From assembly GCF_001194135.2 (NCBI RefSeq), contig NC_068982.1:134980612-135014460 (forward strand): a stretch of DNA of 33,849 bases, written 5' to 3'. Below the pieces are notes generated by a model that saw only the letters and a list, made by a program, of their open reading frames with translations, did not search any database and had not been told where the DNA came from. This DNA comes from Octopus bimaculoides. Taxonomy: Eukaryota. Made by a program: the position numbers and the translations under genes. Positions within the stretch are counted from its first letter, which is position 1. Every line of letters starts with the position of its first letter. Below are positions 1 through 9,596 of the stretch, piece by piece.

Positions 1-456
1 TCTTTCTGTCTCTCTCTTTCTGTCTCTCTCTTTCTCTCTTTCTCTCTCTGTGAAAGTATCTGTCATTACAGTATCGAAATGTGATTGTTTCAGTTAGTGG
101 AATAGTTTCATTTTTAAAGTGAAAGTATTTGACATGAGTGTTTTTGTTTCACTTTTGACACAATACTTAAATAGTGGAAGAGATATTATGTTGCCGTGTG
201 CTCGAACTCTGCAAGAAGTTAAACATTCTTTTTGACTAAAACACAACTGGAACCCTAAGTAAGGCATGTGTAAAATTTGAATGAAATTGGTTGCGTAGTT
301 CTCGAGTTTTAGGGATTCACACAGACAGACAGACAGACACACATTCTCATTTTTATATATATAGATAAAAAATAAAATGATAACTAGAAACCAATGTGAT
401 TTGAGAAAACAATAAACGATATTAGACAATGATTAATATTATTTCAGTTTTAAAGA

Positions 457-677
457 TAGCAGGCTGACAGTATCGTTAGCACACCGGAAAAAATGCTTTG
501 CGGCATTTTGTCCGCCTTCACGTTCTCACTTCAAATCTGCCGAGGTCGACTTTGCCTTTCATTTTCATCATTTCGGGGCCGATAGAATCGGTACCAGTTG
601 GGCACTGGGGTCGATGTAATCGATTTACCCACTCCTCAGAACTTGTTGGCCTCGGGCCAAATTTGGAACCAATATTA
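457..677 (+). mobile_element. tRNA-derived SINE family A (tail type 2), diverged
   Basis: Matches the in-window family consensus: ctggcagaaacgttagc...gttctgagttcaaattccgccgaggtcgactttgcctttcatcctttcggggtcgata...aagtaccagt...ctggggtcgatgtaatcgact, then an aaattg..ggcc..gccaaaatttgaaaccaatatt tail. Confidence 0.8.
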
Positions 678-1207
678 TGTCAATTTTATCAGCAATTACC
701 AGAGACAATTTTGAAAATATTTTATTCTTATTCTGACCTCATCAGTGAAACGTAATCTTCAGCCTTCTTGCTGAAGTAGCGATGAATGAATGATTAATTA
801 GAGCAGACGCTACACGTATTGACACAGCAAAATGAAATTCTTTTGTAATCGAATCATTTCAATACAACGTCCATAAAAAACTCCCAAAATAGAAAACAAT
901 AATTAAGTTCATGCTAACATAGTTAATATATAGAGAGAATATTAAAACTTGTTAGAGTTCATGATTGAAAACTACATTAATAATTATATGAGCTTTTTAA
1001 TGCTCCATTCATTATAAATGTTACGACTGTCTTATCTACATACTAACATGTAATTCAGTGGTGCCATCCACAAGGAAAATAATATATATTGCTTCTAGCA
1101 TTAAGTATTTCAACACTAAGTTAACTACATAGTAATGATTTTCTTACCTACAGTCAGACATGATACATGTGTATGTACACGCGTGCATATACACACATAA
1201 CAATTTT

Positions 1208-1300
1208 CTTTTGATGAAGGAAGCCGCACTAGCTCATTCCATCTGCAAATTATGAATTTTGCGATTGCGTGATTACGAGTTTCTTGAAACAGCTGTCAAG
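1208..1300 (+). ncRNA. Hammerhead-ribozyme-like motif (minimal type I, long stem II, C3U variant), probably from a Penelope-like repeat
   Basis: CUU-UUGAUGA-[AGGAAGC...GUUUCUU]-GAAA-CAGCUG-UC-AAG; helix III is the perfect palindrome ACAGCUGU. Confidence 0.5.
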
Positions 1301-1431
1301 TTAAGAATCTATGCATTCTCTTAATGTCTTTTATGCTCTATGTAAATATATGTGTGTCTATATATAAATGTTTGTGTGTATGTTTATCATTACGACTATA
1401 TGTAATTATATGTATCTATAACTATATATGT

Positions 1432-1693
1432 GGAGGCGCGTGGCTTAGTGGTTAAGGTGTCAGCATCATGATCGTAAGATTGTGGTTTCGATTCCTGGAC
1501 CGGGCGACGCGTTGTGTTCTTGAGCAAAACACTTCATTTCACGTTGCTCCATTCCAGTCAGCTGGCAAAAATGAATAACGCTGTGATGGACTGGCGTCCC
1601 GTCCAGCTGGGGAACACATACGTCATTGAAACCGGGAAACCAGGCCCATGAACCTGGCTAGGCTTTAAAAGGGCGCATTTATTTTTTCATTTT
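1432..1693 (+). mobile_element. tRNA-derived SINE family B, full length, with 11-bp TSD
   Basis: A box TGGCTTAGTGG (1441-1451) and B-box-like GGTTTCGATTCC (1484-1495). The 3' half (gatggactggcgtcccgtccagctgggg...gaaaccgggaaacc...ggctttaaaagggcg) is shared with the copy at 27437. TATAACTATAT occurs at 1417-1427 and 1694-1704. Confidence 0.88.
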
Positions 1694-1704
1694 TATAACT
1701 ATAT

Positions 1705-1772
1705 CTATGTCTATCTATCTATCCATCTATCTATCTATCTATCTATTTGTGTGTGTGTGTGTGTGGGTGTGA
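1705..1772. repeat. (TATC)n/(GT)n microsatellite
   Basis: Directly visible. Confidence 0.9.
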
Positions 1773-2774
1773 AGTATAATTTTCTTTATTTGTATCACTA
1801 TCTATATATGAGGTGTGAATAAACGACCATCTACAGGGATCACACATCACACACTGCGGTCTCATTGTAGCGCTGTACAATCAGCCAGGATCTTTTTCGT
1901 GCATTCTCTGACCTCTTTACTCCATGCATATTTGTACTCACACACAAAGAGTATGTTACAGGACACACGGCCATATGTTAAATAAAAACGCTTCTGTGTC
2001 ACATTTTTTGGCCTTATTTTTAAGCGTCTCCTTTGATTTCTATTTAGAATTTCTTCGAATATTAGTGAATATCTGTTTGTGTGTGTGTGAAGATGATTGT
2101 CTGTCGCTTACTCTCTTTTACTCTAATTTCTATCATCCCAGATGAAATTGTTTAAATTCATACGTAATTTTAAGATATACAGAAATGTTTAGATCTACAG
2201 TTTCGACATGTTTTTAATAGTGTAGGTGTATATTTTGGATCACATTATATTGATGCAACTCTGCGACATTTAAAGAAGTGGGTTGCAAGAAAATCTCTTG
2301 AATAGATTAAAAACAAGAGCAATATTTATGATTCAGTAACTCGGTAACAATACCATAATTAATGACATTTTCTGTATTTGCTTGGGAAGTCACGTTACAT
2401 AAAACACACGGCCAACGGGAATTTTTTTAAACAAGTTTTATATTTGAATAATTTATCAGCGATAACATTGAATTTATGTTTTATTATGACAGTTTGGAGT
2501 ATTTGCGAAGCATCTTTCATTTTATTGATCTTTTCGTTCTATTTTGTGCAAATTAACAAAATTTAATAGAATAAGCTGAAAAATACAAAACTATTTATAT
2601 AATTGTCGAAATAATGACTGAGTTTAATGCCATGTCGAATTGAACATATTGTAATGGATACTCAGCTCTGGTATTTATTCTTCTTACTATACCTTTCTTT
2701 TTAAATGTATATATTCTGATCTTGCACATCGTGGTATGGTGAACCAGATTCTAAAACTTTTTCTTGAGCACTAG

Positions 2775-2853
2775 AACTCATGGCTGGTTACTTGGTAGAA
2801 GAGACCGAGATCACAACATTCCTCCTGAATGGGTAGCCAGTCCGTTGCAGAGT
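2775..2853 (-). mobile_element. Degraded fragment of SINE family B-type body
   Basis: ctgaatgggtagccagtccgttgcag resembles the reverse complement of the gcgatggactggcgtcccgtccag segment. Confidence 0.4.
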
Positions 2854-2854
2854 T

Positions 2855-3048
2855 CAAGGCCAGCAATTTTGAAGGGAGGGGACAAGTCAGTTACGTCAAC
2901 CCCCTACTCTCCAGTGCTTGACTAGTACTTTATTTTATCGACCCCGGGGTGGGGGATGAAAGGCAATATTAGTCTCGGAGGGATTCGAACTCACACCCTA
3001 AAGAGCCGGAAGAAATGTTGCTAAGCATTTTTACGATTCTGCCGCCTT
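2855..3048 (-). mobile_element. SINE family A (tail 2), diverged
   Basis: tttatcgacccc...ggatgaaaggc...gattcgaactc...gctaagcattt...attctgccgcc matches the reverse complement of family A. Confidence 0.75.
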
Positions 3049-4351
3049 TGCTAAACCAGATACGAACGCTGAATTCCCGTTTAAGTTGAAAGAAACTGGT
3101 CGATTTAAAAGACCTTCACAGTTTGCAGTCTCGATCGCAGAATCAAGCAAATTGATGAGAGCTTTCTTTGCTGGAAGCAATGACACCAGTAAATCAGCAT
3201 TTGCTTCTTCTGATAGCAGCGAAGAGGCGAAAGTGCAAGCTAATGAATATTATATTTCATTTACAAAATACAACAGTGAAGAAACTATTCTCTATCTTGT
3301 TAAAAGCTACGATAATAATAAACAAAAATATTCCACTTTGTTAGAAACATGCACAGAAAAGGGTTGTTAAGCTAAAAGTGGATTAGCTAATTAATATTTT
3401 AACAAGCATTATTAGGTTAATGGAGCTTCTGCAGAAGTTTCAGCAGTTGTAATACGCGTACACTGCACAGGGAAGGTCAAATTTAGAGAACATTGAATTC
3501 AAATTAGAGAAGTGGGCTGTATTTTGATTTAAATGATATCTTCTTGTCAACCCTTCTTCGTTGTTGTCCTCTCGTCTATATAAAGCTGCATACTACCTAT
3601 GTTGTCTTTTTCGTCCTCCATGTAGTCACTCTATTTTCCAGACAAAGAGTGGATTCAATAAGTAGGAAAAAAACCCCAGTTATAAACCCATTTGCATAGT
3701 TAGGGCCATCGTGAGACACTCGATTGTTGAAAAAGAAACTGAGCGCCGAATTCGTCTTTAAAATGACATTTGATTCAAGAGATGCGAAGTCAAAATCCAA
3801 AAAGAAGATATAATTGCAGCGATGTATAATAACAATTGCTGGAGTGTAGCAGAAATTTTAGATTCTCAGAATCTTGCATTTCATAATAATAATAAAAATG
3901 AAATTATTGTATACAGTGCTCATGTACACTACAACTGCTCAGGTGCACTAATCATTTTGAGGAACTTCAAACAAAAATCCAGGATATTTTCTTTCACTTT
4001 TTCGGTTGTTAGTAAATTATGATCCATTAATGAGAGAAGATTTCGAGCATTGAAAAAATGAGTAAACATTAAAATCATATCTTTTTGCTAAAATCCAATA
4101 CGAGCTTATAAATTTCCTGGCATTTTATGCGTGAAATTATTGTTTGTCAGCAATTCATAGAAATAAATGCTGCAGTGTTTTGTTTGATTCTACTCATGAG
4201 CGATTGATCGAACGGGTATCGGTTTCTTTTAAGACAAGAAATGTAAAAGTCAAAAAGTCATTTACTGATTTTATACAAATGATGTAAAAAAAAAAACAAA
4301 CTCTTTCACAATTGAAAAATGAAACAAGACAAATCAATAAATACATAATTA

Positions 4352-4688
4352 TTCTTTACTACTCTTGGCACAAGGCCCAACATTTTTGGGGAGGGAGCCA
4401 GTCGATTAGATCGACCCCAGTACGTAACTGGTACTTAATTTATCGACCCCNNNNNNNNNNNNNNNNNNNNNNNNNNNNNNNNNNNNNNNNNNNNNNNNNN
4501 NNNNNNNNNNNNNNNNNNNNNNNNNNNNNNNNNNNNNNNNNNNNNNNNNNNNNNNNNAAAAAAGGACAGGCAAACGGTTTAAGTCGATTAAATCGACTCC
4601 AGTGCGTAACTGGTACTTAATTTATCGACCCCGAAAGGATGAAAGGCAAAGTCGACCTCGGTTAACGTTTCTCCCAGCTCGCTGCCTT
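4352..4688 (-). mobile_element. Two SINE family A units in the same orientation (tail-2 unit 4352-4450, gap, tail-1 unit 4558-4688 with an internal head deletion)
   Basis: The gtcgattagatcgaccccagt...aactggtacttaatttatcgacccc block occurs on both sides of the N gap; the second unit ends ccagctcgctgcc. Confidence 0.8.
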
Positions 4689-5690
4689 CAATAAGTATAT
4701 AATTAGAAGTAGATTGTATTCTATTGGATATTTTTTGTTCATAATGCTGTTGTTGGGCTATTGTCATGTCGAGTCAGGCGTTCAAGATAGAATCTCAACA
4801 AAAAACTCGTGTTTATAAACTGCGACAAGCATAGTTACCATCCTGCCTGCCAAGAAACAACAGTTATTACTTTTGGTGGATGGGTGAGGTGGGAGGTATT
4901 TTTTGTCATTGACCAACTCTATGAATGGGACGAAATGCATCAGGCAAGCAACTTGTTTCTCATGTAGAACACAGGTTTCAGAACCAGGGATTTCACTGTT
5001 ATTTATTCTACATGTTTGTACGATTATTCTAACAGTGCGACCTTGACTTTGCAAAGTAACGGAATACTGGACGATATAGATATCAAATTGGCATATCAAT
5101 TACCTAAATACACCTGGTAGGCTACACTGCATTAGTTCCAGGTTTGCAGTTGCAATTTGTGCGGTATTAAACTGTGATTTTAGTTTAGGTTTGTGCAATG
5201 CGGTAATTAATTATGTTAATTGTCATAAACGTGTAATGAGTTCGGAAAGCAATCAATCATTACCATTTTCAAGTAGCGGAGCCAAACGTTTCTTTGTCTT
5301 CAAGCGTTGAGAAAAGTTGCTACACAACTGCGAAATACTTCCGATTTATCTTGCAATTCTTCTACTTAATAATGGATGCACACGAACATGTGTTAAATAC
5401 GAGCCTTTTCGAGATTCTTTACGTGGTCTATCGAGATATTAGAAACAGCAGCCATATCGCCCTCATTTTATGCTCTATCTTCATAAAAAAGGAAGAAACA
5501 TTGGCTAACATCATAAAAGTAGAGATCGATTACAGTTTGAATGCCTTTGATCGTAGGATTACTAGATCAGGGTTGAATTGGAACTGAACAAAAAAAAAAC
5601 AAAAAGAACAACGAAATACATTTGTGAACATCATCGAAAGATAGAATGTATAACACAGACATACGAACATACACACACGCATATGCATAC

Positions 5691-5732
<42 letters not shown>

Positions 5733-5834
5733 CTGTGTGTAACATTAATGGTCGCACGTTCACACTGTATGTGCGACCGATAATGTTTACATTATTTGAG
5801 CTGCTTTTAATTTAAAATTTAACACGTACGTATG

Positions 5835-5869
<35 letters not shown>

Positions 5870-6140
5870 TTCGTATGTGTGTGTGTGTATGTATGTACCT
5901 ATCTATCTATTTGTGTGTATGTGTGTGTGAGAGAGAGACTGACAGAGAGAGAGAGACACTCTCAATTATTCTATCCTACTCTTTGTTCTTTATATTCCAA
6001 CATTTGACGTGGCGGTCTTTCATGTTTTCAGTTTGTGATTTTTCCAATTAACAAACAGAATCGCTTTGAGATCTTCACTCTCCACTAGTAAAATCTCACA
6101 ATTATTCACGTTTGTTGTCTACATAGTTATTACCGTTATT

Positions 6141-6151
6141 TATTTATTTAC

Positions 6152-6186
<35 letters not shown>
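6141..6186. repeat. (TATT)n microsatellite abutting the exon acceptor
   Basis: Directly visible. Confidence 0.9.
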
Positions 6187-6196
6187 CTTTGTCTAG

Positions 6197-6317
6197 CATG
6201 CTTGCACGATGGGGGAATTACTCATTTCGCTGAGTTATCTTCCAACGGCCGAAAGGTTAACTGTTGTCATCATCAAAGCCAAAGACCTAAGAATACTTGG
6301 ACCAGCAGAAGAATCAG
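6197..6317 (+). CDS. Synaptotagmin-family gene, penultimate coding exon (start of C2B: HACTMGELLISLSYLPTAERLTVVIIKAKDLRILGPAEES + G of split codon); paralog not assigned
   Basis: Acceptor ttgtctAG at 6195-6196 after a (TATT)n tract; donor TCAG|GTTTGT at 6318. The translation matches the synaptotagmin C2B N-terminal signature G(E/D)xxxSLxYLPTAxRLTVxxxKAxxL. The exon ends in phase 1, compatible with the exon at 14836. Confidence 0.93.
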
Positions 6318-6909
6318 GTTTGTATTTAGATTCTCATATAACTAAAGCAAAAATAGAAACTGAAATATCCTTCCCTCCCTCTCTCTCTCTCTCACAGTAT
6401 ATTGTGTATTTTACCTGAGACCTTCGTAATGAACAGATATCGTTTTTTTTTTGTTTGTTTGTTTGGTAACGGATATTTTATTCTCCTTTCCTTGCTTTTC
6501 AATCTTTTTTCTTTCACTCGAAACGTCAGATGTTTTCTTTCCTTCCTTTGGCATTTTCGGCATCAATGTACACCATTTGTTGTTTTTTTTTCTTTTTCGC
6601 ATTATATATCTACAGCTTTCAGGTACCTGCATTCTCTTGTCTGAAATTGCGCTGTAGATTTTGGTTGCTTCTTTTCTATTGGCCTCAATTTCTACCATAC
6701 ATACATACATACAAACACGCATAAATGCACACACACACACAAAATTAATATAAACAGCAGTTGCAACGTTTCACCAAAAAGGAGAATTACAAATGTCACT
6801 AAATGTGACTAGGGTGTTAAGATACATCTACATTGCTAGAAGTAAATGCTAAGCCGGAAAGATGTAATGTAAGATAACCAAGTGAATATAGTATTAAACT
6901 TTTTGTTGA

Positions 6910-7198
6910 TACTAGCACTCCGTCTGTTTCGACGACAACCGTTCCACTTGATCTGATCAACGGAACAGCCTGCTCGTGATATTAACGTGAAAGCAGCTGA
7001 GCGCTCCATTCAGCGTGTCACAAAATGTGACAAGGCTGGCCCTTTAAACTTCAAGTAGTACTCATTTTGTCAGCTGAGTGAAATGGTGTAACATGAAATA
7101 AAGTGTCTTGCTCAAGAGCACGACGTGCCGCCAGGAATAGAACTCCGGACCCTACGAACATGAACCGAATATCCTAACCACCAAGCCACGTGCCTTCT
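6910..7198 (-). mobile_element. tRNA-derived SINE family D (B-like head and CORE-like middle, distinct 3' body)
   Basis: The reverse complement starts gaaggcacgtggcttggtggttagg...gagttctattcc, followed by gtgctcttgagcaagacactttatttcatgtt...ctcagctgacaaaatgagta. Confidence 0.75.
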
Positions 7199-7872
7199 CT
7201 CTTTTTTGTTGATAGAGTTTGTTGAGACTCGTTGCAGAAGTTTCACTGCGTTTCAATGTCCTTTGTCAGTTCAATTAATGATGGGACGTTGCTTGCGTTA
7301 GACTGGTGTTCCATACAGGGTCGGATTAAGGTAATGCGGGATTTGTAGCATGTATTATAAAAAAGACTTCATTTTTAAAAAATTCAAACAATTTACACAT
7401 AAATCCGGTAAATGTTATATTTGAATAGTTGGTAAGCAACGATTTAAAAATAACATTTCTTAGATTTAGCACAAAAAACTCTGTTGATGATAAGGAAAAT
7501 GTCTTTTTCACGGTAGACATTCTTCAGCGTTCATTAAAATGAGATTTGTTTTCATCTATGAGGCTTCTTAGATGAAGCCTTCTTTTCAGTTTTGATAATA
7601 TACATTCTTCATTAACTACGAGAGACAAACAGATGCGCAAAACATTTTCTACACTTGAAAAACATCAAAGCTATACAAGGTCTTGTTTTGTGTCAATATG
7701 AGAAAAAAAAAAAGTTTTATACTCTTCTGTAATCTACACAATATATGAGGACGCATGACTTAGTGTTTGGGGCAGTGGTTTCCAGCCTAAGGTCCACGAA
7801 ACCCTGTTGGTCCGCAAAGGTAGTACTGGAGGTCCGTGAACTAAATCCCAAATTTCATATATNNNNNNNNNN

Positions 7873-7999
7873 TTGAAATGTAAAGCTGAATTTTGCAGGA
7901 TTTGAACCCAGAATGTTAAGAAATGGAATAAATGCCACAAGGCATTCTCTCCAGTACTACAGATTCTACCAATACACCACACTAGTAATACGGATGTTT
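7873..7999. repeat. 127-bp exact direct repeat of 9470-9596 (contains a decayed SINE-A head on the minus strand)
   Basis: The two copies are identical by eye, and both abut N gaps. Confidence 0.9.
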
Positions 8000-8225
8000 G
8001 CGGGCCACATGCAGCTCTGGGAACCGTGGTTGAGAACCACTGATCTACACACTCAACCTGATCCTTGGTTTCTTTATTCAATGTCTGAAAGCTTAGACAT
8101 CATAGCTTGAATATATATCCAAGCAAAGATTCATAGAGTGCACGAGCTGCGTGTAAATATGGGTCAGTAGAATATAAAACAAATACTGGATGACTGAAAA
8201 TGCTATAATACGTGATACCTCAATA

Positions 8226-8362
8226 TGATCAGGTGTAGCTCCGTGGTAAGGAGCTTGCTTCCCAGTCTCATAGTTCATAGTTTAGTCCCACTGTGTTGCA
8301 CCTTGGGCAAGTCTTCTATTATAGCCTCAGGCTGACCAGAGCCTTTTGAGTGGATTTTGTAA
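8226..8362 (+). mobile_element. SINE family C fragment
   Basis: gtggtaaggagcttgcttccca...agtcccactg..gcaccttgggcaagt..ttctattatagcc...gacca.agcctt.tgagtggattt, shared with the copies at 10334, 28570 and 31805. Confidence 0.75.
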
Positions 8363-8410
8363 AGGGGTCCGTGGGGAAACTCATTTAGATAAAAGGGGTG
8401 AGAACCACTG

Positions 8411-8680
8411 TTGCACTAATGATCGAGAGATCGTGGTTTCAAGTCCTAGATCGGATGGTGCGTTGTGTTCATGAGCAAACAGTTCATCCCACGTTGCTCT
8501 GCGATCACTTCGACGCTTGACGTGTGGTACACAGTGTACCTGTTCAGACAACGTCGATTTGACGGAAAGATTGAGCTAATGTGCGGCACGAACATTTGAT
8601 CACTATAAAGAAATCATTTATACCGGTCGTTCGGCAAAAAACTGAACACTCTTACGTCGTCTTCGACGGGAGAGTACATC
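8411..8680 (+). mobile_element. SINE with B-like head (its first ~27 nt lie at 7746-7772) and a distinct 3' body
   Basis: gatcgagagatcgtggtttcaagtcc...gcgttgtgttcatgagcaa...cacgttgctc matches the family-B head and middle; the remainder is unique in this window. Confidence 0.55.
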
Positions 8681-8818
8681 AAACTACACGAATTCTTCAC
8701 CGAGACTTCCGGTCCTATGTGATTTGACGGGATTTGACGATCTCTTCAATATCTTCGGGTTTAAATAGCTGCAGCTGATAAAGTAATTCAAATATATCAT
8801 TCACATTTTGATAACCTT

Positions 8819-9010
8819 ATTGCACACAAGGGGACAAACAAGGACAGACAAACGGATTAAGTCGATTACATCGACCCCAGTGCATAATTGATACTTATTT
8901 AATCGACCCCGAAAGGATGAAAGGCTATGTCGACTCAGAACGTAGCGGCAAACGAAATACCGCTAAGCATTTCGCCTGGCGTGCTAACGTTTCTGCCAGC
9001 TCGCCGCCTT
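8819..9010 (-). mobile_element. SINE family A (tail 1), with TSD and a B-box deletion
   Basis: Flanked by TTTTGATAACCTT at 8806-8818 and 9009-9021; lacks cctcggcggaatttgaa. Confidence 0.9.
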
Positions 9011-9469
9011 TTGATAACCTTTCTGGCGTTTTGAATGGACAGAAAGCAAGTTATCAGTATTGCCAAGTAATGTTTGTTTATTAAACATCTGAGAAGGTGT
9101 TTGCAATCCAACAAAAGACTTGATTAAAACACTGAAACCACTGAAATCATTGCATTTGCTATTTCGCTGATGTCTGCCTTTAGTTTGTTGTTGATAATCT
9201 ACATCAGTCTTTCTAAACCTTTTTGATATCAGACCCAGATCCAAAACCTGGATATTTTTAGGGTTGGGGGCACACCAAAAAACGTAAAACGTAAGACAAT
9301 TAAAGAAAAAATTATATTTATAGAGAGAAGACCGTCGGTTGACAGTCACCCACACTGATAATAGCTTTCTGACATAAAGAAAAGGCCAGAAATTTATGAG
9401 GTCAGAAGTTAGTTGATTATGTTAACCCTCAATAGTTGACTGTTATTTTAGTCTATTCTCCCCAGAAGA

Positions 9470-9596
9470 TTGAAATGTAAAGCTGAATTTTGCAGGATTT
9501 GAACCCAGAATGTTAAGAAATGGAATAAATGCCACAAGGCATTCTCTCCAGTACTACAGATTCTACCAATACACCACACTAGTAATACGGATGTTT
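9470..9596. repeat. 127-bp exact direct repeat of 7873-7999
   Basis: Identical sequence; ends at the N gap starting 9597. Confidence 0.9.

Larger units (their letters stand above)
7773..8410. mobile_element. hAT-like non-autonomous DNA element (MITE) ends, with nested insertions
   Basis: Left end CAGTGGTTTCCAGCC (7773). Right-end matches GGTTGAGAACCACTG (to 8042) and GGGTGAGAACCACTG (to 8410), with ggtccg subterminal repeats. CAGTGGTTCTCAACC-type TIRs are typical of hAT/Charlie-like elements. No TSD found. Confidence 0.55.

Noticed and set aside
739-760. CTGATGA on the minus strand; GAAACGTA on the plus strand
   Set aside because: The two half-motifs lie on opposite strands and neither has the partner elements needed for a hammerhead.
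1432-1500. tRNA-like sequences with A and B boxes (also at 10460-10529, 27437-27500, 28570-28640)
   Set aside because: They continue into repeated SINE bodies and lack a proper acceptor stem, so they are SINE heads rather than tRNA genes.
2185-2240. Minus-strand GAAACUGUAGAUC resembling the 3' half of a hammerhead
   Set aside because: No recognisable CUGANGA core upstream.
1-6196. Upstream synaptotagmin exons (TM, C2A)
   Set aside because: I found no frame with C2A motifs (SDPYVK, KTxVxxKTLNP, DxDRFS) bounded by splice sites; they are presumably outside the window.
7490-7530. Minus-strand CUGAAGA-AUG-UCUAC-CGU-GAAA
   Set aside because: Stem II is only 3 weak pairs and stem I cannot form in either register.
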